Origin: Elusimicrobiota bacterium
GTDB lineage: Bacteria > Elusimicrobiota > Elusimicrobia > F11
Length of the DNA: 22,406 nucleotides
Direction: 5' to 3'
Assembly (NCBI GenBank): GCA_046153645.1
Contig: JBJXGI010000006.1
Coordinates: 1 to 22,406, forward strand
In this document: piece by piece, positions 8,337 through 16,613 of the stretch
Numbering within the stretch: the stretch's first letter is position 1
Layout of the letters: every line of letters begins with the position of its first letter
Program-made: the position numbers and the translations under genes
The notes under the pieces: model-generated
Seen by the model: the letters and a program-made list of their open reading frames with translations, nothing else
Database searches by the model: none
What the model was told of the DNA's origin: nothing

Positions 8337-9341
8337 ATGAATAAATTCCTTTCATCAAAAGAGGTGGTTGAAAATTTAAAATCATCTTCTTTTAAATATC
8401 ATGAAGTGATTATTGTCGGTTTTGGATATATGGGGAAAGAATATGTGAAGGCGGCGCAATCTTTAGGTTTTGGTCAAATTACAGTATATACTCGCACGAA
8501 ACCAAAAGAATCTCCTAAAGGTATCAAAATTGTTTCTGGCGGTTTTGAAAAACTTCCAGTCTCTACAAATAATAAGAATTTGGTTATTGTCGCAGTGAGC
8601 ACAGACTTGCTCCTTTTGGCATCTGAGTGGATAATTAAGCAAGGTTATAAAAATATTTTGTGTGAGAAACCGGTATCACTTTGGTCCACACAAATTGAAG
8701 AACTAAATAAAATGGTTCTTCATGAAAAAGTTTCTTTTTATTGTGCTTTTAATCGAATCGCATTCCCTTCTGTTATTGAGGCTCGCTATCAATGTGATTT
8801 GTTGGGTGGGGTTACTTCTTGTCGATACTCATTTACGGAGTTGGCGAAGCGACTCAATTTAAGCTTATATAGTGAAAGTGAGAAAAAACGATGGGGAATT
8901 GCTAATAGTATTCATGTTTTAAGTTTGGCACACGCTGTGATTGGAAACCCTCGTACATGGAATTCTGTTCATGGAGGGGCATTGGATTGGCACCCCTCCG
9001 GTAGTTATTTTATTGGTTCAGGGATTTCTGTGGATAATATCCCTTTTAGTTTTTTTTCTGATTGGGGTTCTTCCGATCGATGGTCAGTTGAATTTTTTAC
9101 TTCTGGCGCTGCTTTTAGATTATGCCCCTTAGAAAAACTATATTTGAAAGAAAGTTCACTGGTTGACTGGAAAGAATGCGCTGTTTCTGTTTGTGATTCT
9201 AACACCAAGCCTGGACTTTTGGAACAGATGGCGGCTATTCTATTTCCAGAAAAATGTCCCATTCCGCTTTTCCAATTAGATAAATTAGCGCAGTTGGTTC
9301 AATTTAGCGAAAATATTTTTGGTTATAGTGAGGGCTTATGA
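8337..9341 (+). CDS. Gfo/Idh/MocA family NAD(P)-dependent oxidoreductase
   Basis: IIVGFGYMGKEY, ILCEKP, AFNR. ATG 8337, two nt after the upstream stop, is preferred over the track's GTG 8319. Confidence 0.78.
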   Translation: MNKFLSSKEVVENLKSSSFKYHEVIIVGFGYMGKEYVKAAQSLGFGQITVYTRTKPKESPKGIKIVSGGFEKLPVSTNNKNLVIVAVSTDLLLLASEWIIKQGYKNILCEKPVSLWSTQIEELNKMVLHEKVSFYCAFNRIAFPSVIEARYQCDLLGGVTSCRYSFTELAKRLNLSLYSESEKKRWGIANSIHVLSLAHAVIGNPRTWNSVHGGALDWHPSGSYFIGSGISVDNIPFSFFSDWGSSDRWSVEFFTSGAAFRLCPLEKLYLKESSLVDWKECAVSVCDSNTKPGLLEQMAAILFPEKCPIPLFQLDKLAQLVQFSENIFGYSEGL

Positions 9342-10042
9342 TTAAAAAAGCACTTATTACAGGCGGAACGAGAGGAATTGGTTATGCTATTGCTGAAATC
9401 CTGATTAAAAAAGGGTATTTGGTCACAGTGACAGGGACACAAAAGAATGGACGGGGCCCGGCTCAAAGTCTCTATCTTCCATGTGATTTTAATAATGAAA
9501 AATCGCTAGCAGATTTTTTATTAACCATAACAAATGAAAATTGGGATGTTTTAGTTAATAATGCGGGAATCAATAAAATTGGTCCAATGGATGAATATGA
9601 TTTTAACGACTTTCAGAAAATTCAATTTGTGAATGTTCATGTTCCCTTTCTGATAACTAAAGCTGTTCTTCCCTCTATGAAAAAGAGAAAATATGGACGT
9701 ATTTTAAATATTACATCTATTTTCGGTGTGGTTAGTCGCGCGGAACGTTCTGCTTATTCAACAAGTAAATTTGGATTGCAAGGAATGACCAAAGCACTTG
9801 CACTAGAAGTCGCAAAAGATGGTATTTTGGTGAATTGTTTGGCTCCTGGGTTTGTGGATACAACACTGACAAGGAAAATTCTCAAAAATAAGGGAATCAA
9901 AGAAATTTCGAAATCAATTCCGATGGGACGTTTAGCTAAAGCAGATGAAATTGGAAAAGCCGCAGGGTTTTTACTCAGCGAAGAAAACTCTTATATGACA
10001 GGCCAAAATATTATTATTGATGGAGGTTTTACCTGTGCCTGA
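9338..10042 (+). CDS. Short-chain dehydrogenase/reductase (classical SDR, FabG-like)
   Basis: TGGTRGIG, VLVNNAG, NITS, YSTSK (YxxxK), VNCLAPGFVDT, TGQNIIIDGG. Confidence 0.92.
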   Translation: MIKKALITGGTRGIGYAIAEILIKKGYLVTVTGTQKNGRGPAQSLYLPCDFNNEKSLADFLLTITNENWDVLVNNAGINKIGPMDEYDFNDFQKIQFVNVHVPFLITKAVLPSMKKRKYGRILNITSIFGVVSRAERSAYSTSKFGLQGMTKALALEVAKDGILVNCLAPGFVDTTLTRKILKNKGIKEISKSIPMGRLAKADEIGKAAGFLLSEENSYMTGQNIIIDGGFTCA

Positions 10043-11111
10043 TGATTTGATTATCCAGTCATATAAAGGCCCCTATAAGGTTGTTTTTGGAAAACTTTTT
10101 GATGGTCTGGAAAATGGATTGGGAGAGAAAGACCACTTACTTATTGATTCAAAAGTTGCCTCTCTTTACGCTGGACCATTATCTAAAGCATTGAATTCTC
10201 ATTCCGTTTTAAAAATTGAAGCCCTTGAAACGAATAAATCATTAGAAAAAATTCCTGAATACGTTACTTTTCTTTTAGAAAAGGGTATCAAACGTGATCA
10301 TCGACTGGTTGTTATTGGTGGAGGAATTGTCCAGGACATTGCAGCCTTTATGGCATCTTGTCTGTTGCGTGGTCTTCCCTGGGTATTTTATCCAACCACC
10401 TTGTTAGCTCAATCTGATTCTTGTATTGGTTCAAAGTCATCCATTAATGTGGGAAAGTATAAAAATCAAGTGGGGACATTCACGCCCCCAACTGAAATTC
10501 GAATTTCACTCGATTTGCTGCAATCACTTTCCGCTCAAGAAGTTAAATCTGGAATTGGTGAAATGATTAAGGTTCATGTTATTGCTGGATGGGAAGATAT
10601 TCGTCGAATTTCGAAAAATTATACAGAGTTGTTTAATAATCAAAATTTACTTGCCCAAACTTTACATCGTTCACTTGAGATAAAAAAAGGAAAAATTGAA
10701 ATAGATGAGTTTGATCAGAAAGAAAGATTGATTATGAATTATGGGCATACTTTTGGTCATGCTATTGAAAGTGCCACTCAGTTCTCTATTCCACATGGAA
10801 TCGCTGTCACTATTGGCATGGACTTAGCCAATTGGGTTTCTTGGAAAATCGGTTTAATTGATAAATCCGTATTTGATGAGCTTCATTCTGTCATGCTTGC
10901 TAACTATGATGGATATCAATCCGTTTATATTCCTTTTGAAAAATTCTTTTCATCATTAGCGAAAGATAAGAAAAATTTAGGAGGAGACATTTCACTTATT
11001 CTTCTGAGAGCGCCTGGACAGGTATATTTACATCGACATCCCAATAACCAGACTTTAAAAGATTTATGTCTATCTTTTTTTGAAACTATGAAAGTAAGAG
11101 TGGCTGTATGA
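10035..11111 (+). CDS. AroB-related sugar-phosphate cyclase (3-dehydroquinate synthase superfamily)
   Basis: GGGIVQD, PTTLLAQSDSCIGSKSSIN, KNQVGTF, EMIK, NYGHTFGHAIE and PHGIAV (metal-ligand E/H/H pattern), DKKN. GTG 10035 has GGAGG at 10022-10026. Confidence 0.88.
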   Translation: MPDDLIIQSYKGPYKVVFGKLFDGLENGLGEKDHLLIDSKVASLYAGPLSKALNSHSVLKIEALETNKSLEKIPEYVTFLLEKGIKRDHRLVVIGGGIVQDIAAFMASCLLRGLPWVFYPTTLLAQSDSCIGSKSSINVGKYKNQVGTFTPPTEIRISLDLLQSLSAQEVKSGIGEMIKVHVIAGWEDIRRISKNYTELFNNQNLLAQTLHRSLEIKKGKIEIDEFDQKERLIMNYGHTFGHAIESATQFSIPHGIAVTIGMDLANWVSWKIGLIDKSVFDELHSVMLANYDGYQSVYIPFEKFFSSLAKDKKNLGGDISLILLRAPGQVYLHRHPNNQTLKDLCLSFFETMKVRVAV

Positions 11112-12106
11112 TTAACGTCGGAATCATCGGCTTGGGGAAAATGGGTCAAATTAGAAAGGCTGCGGTTGAATCGACTGGCAGAGGTCAGATATTGGCTGCT
11201 TCAGATCCTGTGATAAAATTGAACGATAAAAATATTAAAGACTATCCAAATCCTGAGCAGGTCATTTCAGATTCTTCTATTGATACCATTTTTATTTGCA
11301 CACCCAATTACATGAACAAAGATCTCACTATAAAAGGGTTAGAGGCTGGAAAAAATATTTTTTGTGAAAAACCGCCAGCTTTTTCTGCTAAAGATATTGA
11401 AGAAATTATAGAAGTCGAAAAAAAATCCGGTAAGAAATTAATGTATGGGTTTAATCATCGACATCACGACAGCGTTATTCTTGCTAAACAGAAAATTGAT
11501 TCCGGTCAATATGGGAAAATTTTGTGGATGAGAGGACGGTATGGGAAAAGTGTAGATGAAAATTTTTTTAAAAATTGGCGTTCCAAAAAAGAATTGGCTG
11601 GTGGGGGGATTCTCATTGATCAAGGAATTCATATGTTGGATCTTTTTCTGATGATGGCTGGTGATTTTGAAGAGGTTCATGCATTTGTTTCTAATCTTTA
11701 CTGGAAATTAGATGTTGAAGATAATGTATTTGCCATTTTAAAAAACAAAAATGGAGTTGCTGCTTCTCTCCACTCGACAATGACTCAGTGGCGACATTTA
11801 TTTTCTTTGGAGGTTTTTTTGGAGAAAGGATATTTCGTTATCAATGGCTTATTAACTTCCTCAGGAACTTATGGACAGGAAACTATGACGATTGCCACTA
11901 ATCGAAGCGTTGCTCCTGCTGCGATATGGAGTGATGAGGAACATTTAAAATTTGAAATTAATAATTCTTGGAATTATGAAATCGGACATTTTTTTGATGC
12001 CATTGACAGAAATACGGCGGTAAAGATTGGGCATTCTGATGACGCATTAAAAGTGATGAGACTGGTTGATAAAATCTATTTACAAAATAATAAAGGAGTC
12101 AATTAA
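11108..12106 (+). CDS. Gfo/Idh/MocA family oxidoreductase
   Basis: VGIIGLGKMG, ICTPN, IFCEKP, GFNHR, GGGILIDQGIHMLD. Confidence 0.92.
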   Translation: MINVGIIGLGKMGQIRKAAVESTGRGQILAASDPVIKLNDKNIKDYPNPEQVISDSSIDTIFICTPNYMNKDLTIKGLEAGKNIFCEKPPAFSAKDIEEIIEVEKKSGKKLMYGFNHRHHDSVILAKQKIDSGQYGKILWMRGRYGKSVDENFFKNWRSKKELAGGGILIDQGIHMLDLFLMMAGDFEEVHAFVSNLYWKLDVEDNVFAILKNKNGVAASLHSTMTQWRHLFSLEVFLEKGYFVINGLLTSSGTYGQETMTIATNRSVAPAAIWSDEEHLKFEINNSWNYEIGHFFDAIDRNTAVKIGHSDDALKVMRLVDKIYLQNNKGVN

Positions 12107-12107
12107 T

Positions 12108-12656
12108 ATGGAAAGAAAAGAGTGGTTCAACACATATCTTGAACAGTATAAGTCTACGGTTATTAATCCGGGAATATATAAGGATTTAAGTACTTTGACC
12201 GATTGGGTTTATGAAGCCAATAAAAACGGTAAAAAAACTATTTTCGCTGGAAATGGTGGTAGTGCCGTTATCTCAAGCCATGCTGCTGTCGACTTTACCA
12301 AGACAGCTGCGGTCCGTGCGATTAACTTCAATGAAGGCGATCTCATCACATGTCTGGGGAATGATTATGGATATGAGTGGTGGGTCCAGAAAGCCATTGA
12401 GTTCTATGCTGATCCTGGAGACGTTATCGTTTTAATTTCATCAAGTGGAAAATCTCCCAATATAATTAATGCGGCTAAATATGCCAAAGAAAAAGGATTT
12501 AAATTGGCGACGTTTAGTGGTTTTGCTCAAACCAATCCACTTAATCAATTGGGTAATTTAAATTTCTGGGTTAATAGCCAACAATACAATGTGATCGAAA
12601 ATACTCACCTCATCTGGATTCTGGCTGTTTGTGACATAGTTATAGCTGAGCATTGA
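12108..12656 (+). CDS. SIS-domain phosphosugar isomerase (GmhA/phosphoheptose isomerase-like, divergent)
   Basis: FAGNGGSA, GNDYGY, GDVIVLISSSGKSPNII. ATG 12108 with AAGGAG at 12093-12098 is preferred over the track's start at 12066. Confidence 0.85.
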   Translation: MERKEWFNTYLEQYKSTVINPGIYKDLSTLTDWVYEANKNGKKTIFAGNGGSAVISSHAAVDFTKTAAVRAINFNEGDLITCLGNDYGYEWWVQKAIEFYADPGDVIVLISSSGKSPNIINAAKYAKEKGFKLATFSGFAQTNPLNQLGNLNFWVNSQQYNVIENTHLIWILAVCDIVIAEH

Positions 12657-13742
12657 ATGAGACCCCAGGGGTTTGTGGAAATAAACGAAAGGAAAATTAT
12701 CCGCTCACACCAGATTCTTCCTCAAGTTGTTTTTGTGGGAGGACATCCAGGTTGTGGAAAAACAATGCTGACGCCGATTCTTGGAAGTATGAATCGGGTG
12801 GAAATTCAAAAGTATAACTATCCCATGGAATATATGGCGCAATTAGAATTTCTAGGGAAAATGACGCCTGATTCGGCAACAGCCATGGTCCGCATGCTTT
12901 TGGATATTGATATTTACAATATGTCGATGTCAAGAGAAGTAAACTTTCGTTATTCTGATCTTTCATCTGTTTTTCAAAACCCCAACCCATGGCGTTACTT
13001 TAAAAGATCCATTGGCAAAGGGGATGAGGTTGTTCTAGCGAAAATTAAAACTGAAAAACCTATTCTTCAAATAGTCACACATAACTTGTTAGCACTTTCT
13101 CAAACCTTGTTTAATTCATTGGGTGAGCGGATGACGGTTTTAGAGGTTATTCGGCATCCGCTTTACATGTTAAAACAGTGGTTTTTATATGTGGAAAGAT
13201 ATGGGACTGATGTGAGGGATTTTACTATCTGGTTTGAATATCAAGGTAAACAGTTGCCTTTTTTCGCGAAAGGATGGGAAGAAAAGTTTCTCAATTGTAA
13301 CAGTATGGACCGTGTTATTTATTCTATTTCGCAATTGGCACAGATGGGGGGAAAAAATATGGCTCAGCTTTCTCCTACTTTAAAAGACAGAATTCTTTTT
13401 ATTCCTTTTGAGAGGTTTGTTCTCAATCCTTATCCCTTTATCGATAAAATTGAAAATCTTTTAAATACACAGCGAACACCCGCCACGATAAAAGAGTTGA
13501 AACGTCAAAAAGTGCCACGACAAAAAGTGGCTGATGGCATATCCCTTCCTATTTATAAGTTAAATGGCTGGCAGTCTCCAAAGCAAGGTTCTTCGGAAAA
13601 AGAAGAATTACAATCAAGATGGGCTTTTGCTAAAGAAAAAGCTTCGCCGGAAGGATTGGCTTTACTCAAAAGAATGTGTGATACATATGAAGAGGAAAAT
13701 GTTCCAGAGTGGAAAGGTTTTATAGATGAGGTTTATAAATGA
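12657..13742 (+). CDS. P-loop protein with sulfotransferase-like features (putative sulfotransferase or kinase)
   Basis: VVFVGGHPGCGKTML P-loop. EVIRHPL resembles the 'vRdP' motif and ILFIPFERFVLNP the 'vrYEdlv.dP' motif of bacterial sulfotransferase-fold proteins. Confidence 0.6.
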   Translation: MRPQGFVEINERKIIRSHQILPQVVFVGGHPGCGKTMLTPILGSMNRVEIQKYNYPMEYMAQLEFLGKMTPDSATAMVRMLLDIDIYNMSMSREVNFRYSDLSSVFQNPNPWRYFKRSIGKGDEVVLAKIKTEKPILQIVTHNLLALSQTLFNSLGERMTVLEVIRHPLYMLKQWFLYVERYGTDVRDFTIWFEYQGKQLPFFAKGWEEKFLNCNSMDRVIYSISQLAQMGGKNMAQLSPTLKDRILFIPFERFVLNPYPFIDKIENLLNTQRTPATIKELKRQKVPRQKVADGISLPIYKLNGWQSPKQGSSEKEELQSRWAFAKEKASPEGLALLKRMCDTYEEENVPEWKGFIDEVYK

Positions 13743-14914
13743 AAAAGATTGCGATGATTCCTGCTCTATTAGGTAGCCAGAGAATTCCTGATAAAAATCT
13801 TATTTTGGTTGACGGATATCCGATGATGTTTCGCGTGGTTGAGGCTTGTAAAACCTCAGGGATTTTCGATGAGATTTATATTAATTCTGAACATCTCATA
13901 TTTAGAGATTGGGCGCAGATGCTGGGTGTTAAGTTCTATGAACGCCCCAACTCTCGCGGTGGATCAAATTGCGAAATGAAAAATAAGTCGCGGCAATGTA
14001 ATAAAGATCGTTGTCAAACTCATGATCACTTTCTTTATGATTTTATGACTTATTTAAAAGAACCAGTCCATTTGGCTTTAATTCATACCACATCCCCACT
14101 ATTAAAAGGTGTAACCATAAAGAAGTTTATGCAAACTTTGGAAAAAGAAAATTATGATTCACTTTTTTCAGTAGAACATAAATACACCGAGACACTGTTT
14201 GCTGGAAAACCTTTGAATTTTTCTTTTGCGGAGAAAATCCCTACTCAGACACTTCCTCCCATTGAAATGATTACTTGGGCTATGACTGGTTGGAAAACAG
14301 ACTCATTTATCAAGTCATATGACCGAGATGATAAAAAAGAAAATGGACCGACGTACTGCGGAAAAATGGGCACCTATTTGTTAGATCGTATTGAAGCCAT
14401 TGATGTTGATAATTTTGAAGATCTAGCAATGGCTGAAGCTTCTTTGCAATATCGTCGCCATAAGGTTGTGCCGGGTCAGTTTAAAGTGCCAGAGGGCTTT
14501 CAAGGGGTCGAGAGTTGTTTGGTCGATCTCATCCGAAGAGATGGCGTAACAAAGTTCGTAAATGAATCGGCCAATTCTCGGCATAGTAATTTAGATGAAA
14601 TCAAAAAGATGATGGGGCCGCCGCCATGGATTTATGTTTTGGTTTATTCTGCGACAGATCAAACGGGTCTTATTTGCCAAAAGCCTGGCGAAGGATGTCG
14701 TAAACATTTCCATGCCACACATGATGAGTGGTGGGTTGTTTTAGAAGGACAGTTTGAATGGGTTTTAGGAGATGGCACAAAAATTCTTACTAAAAAAGGA
14801 GACGTGGTTTGTATTCCTAAGGCAATGCCGCACCAAATTACCTGTGTTGGAACAGAGCCAGGTATTCGAATGGCCAATGGCGGTCGCGATATGGATCACG
14901 TTTACATCAAATGA
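13739..14914 (+). CDS. NeuA/KdsB-like cytidylyltransferase fused to a C-terminal metal-binding cupin
   Basis: IAMIPALLGSQRIPDKNL, IYINSE, HTTSPLL, EAIDVDNFEDL. The cupin carries GEGCRKHFHATHDEWWVVLEG (G-x5-HxH-x4-E-x6-G) and GDVVCIPKAMPH. Confidence 0.82.
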   Translation: MKKIAMIPALLGSQRIPDKNLILVDGYPMMFRVVEACKTSGIFDEIYINSEHLIFRDWAQMLGVKFYERPNSRGGSNCEMKNKSRQCNKDRCQTHDHFLYDFMTYLKEPVHLALIHTTSPLLKGVTIKKFMQTLEKENYDSLFSVEHKYTETLFAGKPLNFSFAEKIPTQTLPPIEMITWAMTGWKTDSFIKSYDRDDKKENGPTYCGKMGTYLLDRIEAIDVDNFEDLAMAEASLQYRRHKVVPGQFKVPEGFQGVESCLVDLIRRDGVTKFVNESANSRHSNLDEIKKMMGPPPWIYVLVYSATDQTGLICQKPGEGCRKHFHATHDEWWVVLEGQFEWVLGDGTKILTKKGDVVCIPKAMPHQITCVGTEPGIRMANGGRDMDHVYIK

Positions 14915-15603
14915 AGAAAGTAGTCATTATCACGGGAGCCTCTCGCGGAATTGGGGCTTCCTGCGCCAAATTACTTGACGCTCATGGATATGAAGTCGTG
15001 AAAGTTTCTCTTCATAAAAAAGATGCTCGTTCATTGATTTGTGATGTTCAAAAAGAACCCTCTGTTAAAAGTACAGTTCAAAAGATTTTAAAGAAATATA
15101 AAAGAATTGATGCTCTTGTAAATTGCGCTGGGGTTGTCTCTTTTTCATCTTCGCTCAAAACAACTCAAACTGAATGGGAACGAGTGATGGGTGTTAATCT
15201 CTTGGGCACCTACTATTTTTCTAAACATGTCATACCTCAAATGAAAAAACAAAAAAGCGGAAGAATCGTTAACATTTCTTCTATTGCAGGGAGACTTTAT
15301 AGTCGTATGGCATCCCTTCCTTATACTTGTTCTAAGTACGCGGTTATTGGGCTTACCAAACAAATGGCAGCTGAATTTGCTCAAGATGGTATTACAATCA
15401 ATTGTTTATGCCCTTCACAAACAAAGACCGATATGATTTCAAAGAATTTTTCTCAATCTCAAATTGAGCAGATGATAAAAAAAATTCCGGTGGGCAGATT
15501 GGCCCATCCATCAGAAATTGCTCATGTTATTCACTTTCTTTTGTCCGAACAGGCGTCCTATATGAATGGAAGTATTATTGACGTAAATGGTGGACAGTTG
15601 TAA
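14911..15603 (+). CDS. Short-chain dehydrogenase/reductase (classical SDR)
   Basis: TGASRGIG, LVNCAG, NISS, YTCSK, INCLCPS, GSIIDVNGG. Confidence 0.92.
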   Translation: MKKVVIITGASRGIGASCAKLLDAHGYEVVKVSLHKKDARSLICDVQKEPSVKSTVQKILKKYKRIDALVNCAGVVSFSSSLKTTQTEWERVMGVNLLGTYYFSKHVIPQMKKQKSGRIVNISSIAGRLYSRMASLPYTCSKYAVIGLTKQMAAEFAQDGITINCLCPSQTKTDMISKNFSQSQIEQMIKKIPVGRLAHPSEIAHVIHFLLSEQASYMNGSIIDVNGGQL

Positions 15604-16613
15604 TGGGTTCTTTTTCACCAAGCATTTCTACAAGTGAAATGGTTGGTGTCATTGGAACCGGTAGTATAGGGACTCGTCATCTAGAAATTTTAAAGTCTTT
15701 TGAAAAAATTCGCCCCGTTTGTTTTTCTAAACGAGCTTCTCGGAAAAAAGAATTATTTGCGCAGGGATATTCAATTGTCGATTCGGTTCTCGAAATGAAG
15801 AAATTGGGTGTAAAAGCGGCGATTATTGCCACCGATACAAAAGAACATTTCCGGTATGTTGAAGAGTGTTTGGAAGCGGGCATGGACGTATTGGTTGAGA
15901 AACCATTGGCCATAGATGCTAAAGAAGCCAAAAAAATAGCTCAGCTTTCAGAGAAATTATCGAGGAAAGTATATGTTGGGTGCGTGATGAGATTCTCTTT
16001 GAGTTTGAGAGAATTTATTCGTTGTTTAAAAGAAATGGGAAAAATTTATTCTGTTCGAGTTGAGTGTCAATCTTATTTACCAGCATGGAGACCGGAAAGA
16101 AATTATAAAGAGGCTTATTCTGCTCGGAAAGAAGAAGGTGGGGTTTTAAGAGATTTGGTTCATGAGATTGATTATACAGGTTGGATTTTTGGTTGGCCCG
16201 ATTCTTTACAGGCTCATTTGGGAAACACAGGTGTCCTTGGAATTGAATCTGAAGAATTTGCAGATATCTCATGGAACATTTCGCCCTATACCAGCGTCTC
16301 TATGCGCTTGGACTATTTATCAAACCCTCCTAGAAGAGGAATAATTGTTACTGGGGAAAAAGGGGTTCTTGAGTGGGATGGGATAAAAAATTCTGTTTGT
16401 TTTACTTCAAATGAAGGTAGAAATGAATGGGAAAGTGGTGAAAATCAAAACGCGAAATATGAAATGCAATTAAATAGCTTTTGTGAGGCGGTATTTTCAG
16501 GAAAAACTTCGGGTCTATTGGCCACGGTAGTCGATGGCGTTAAAGCCATGTTAGTGATAGAAGCCGCTAGGCTTGCTTCAATGAATAAAAAAGAGATGGA
16601 GATTAGCTACTAG
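15603..16613 (+). CDS. Gfo/Idh/MocA oxidoreductase of the type found in nonulosonic acid clusters (PtmF-like)
   Basis: VIGTGSIGTRH, LVEKP, and SYLPAWRPERNYKEAYSARKEEGGVLRDLVHEIDY. TAATG overlap with the upstream gene. Confidence 0.85.
   Translation: MGSFSPSISTSEMVGVIGTGSIGTRHLEILKSFEKIRPVCFSKRASRKKELFAQGYSIVDSVLEMKKLGVKAAIIATDTKEHFRYVEECLEAGMDVLVEKPLAIDAKEAKKIAQLSEKLSRKVYVGCVMRFSLSLREFIRCLKEMGKIYSVRVECQSYLPAWRPERNYKEAYSARKEEGGVLRDLVHEIDYTGWIFGWPDSLQAHLGNTGVLGIESEEFADISWNISPYTSVSMRLDYLSNPPRRGIIVTGEKGVLEWDGIKNSVCFTSNEGRNEWESGENQNAKYEMQLNSFCEAVFSGKTSGLLATVVDGVKAMLVIEAARLASMNKKEMEISY

Noticed and set aside
9338..10042. fabG (fatty-acid synthesis) assignment for this SDR and for 14911-15603
   Set aside because: The SDR motifs are generic and no acp/fab genes are nearby. 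Context favours sugar or cyclitol redox roles.
10035..11111. Housekeeping aroB of the shikimate pathway
   Set aside because: No aro neighbours and altered substrate-site motifs. Kept as an AroB-related cyclase without a gene symbol.
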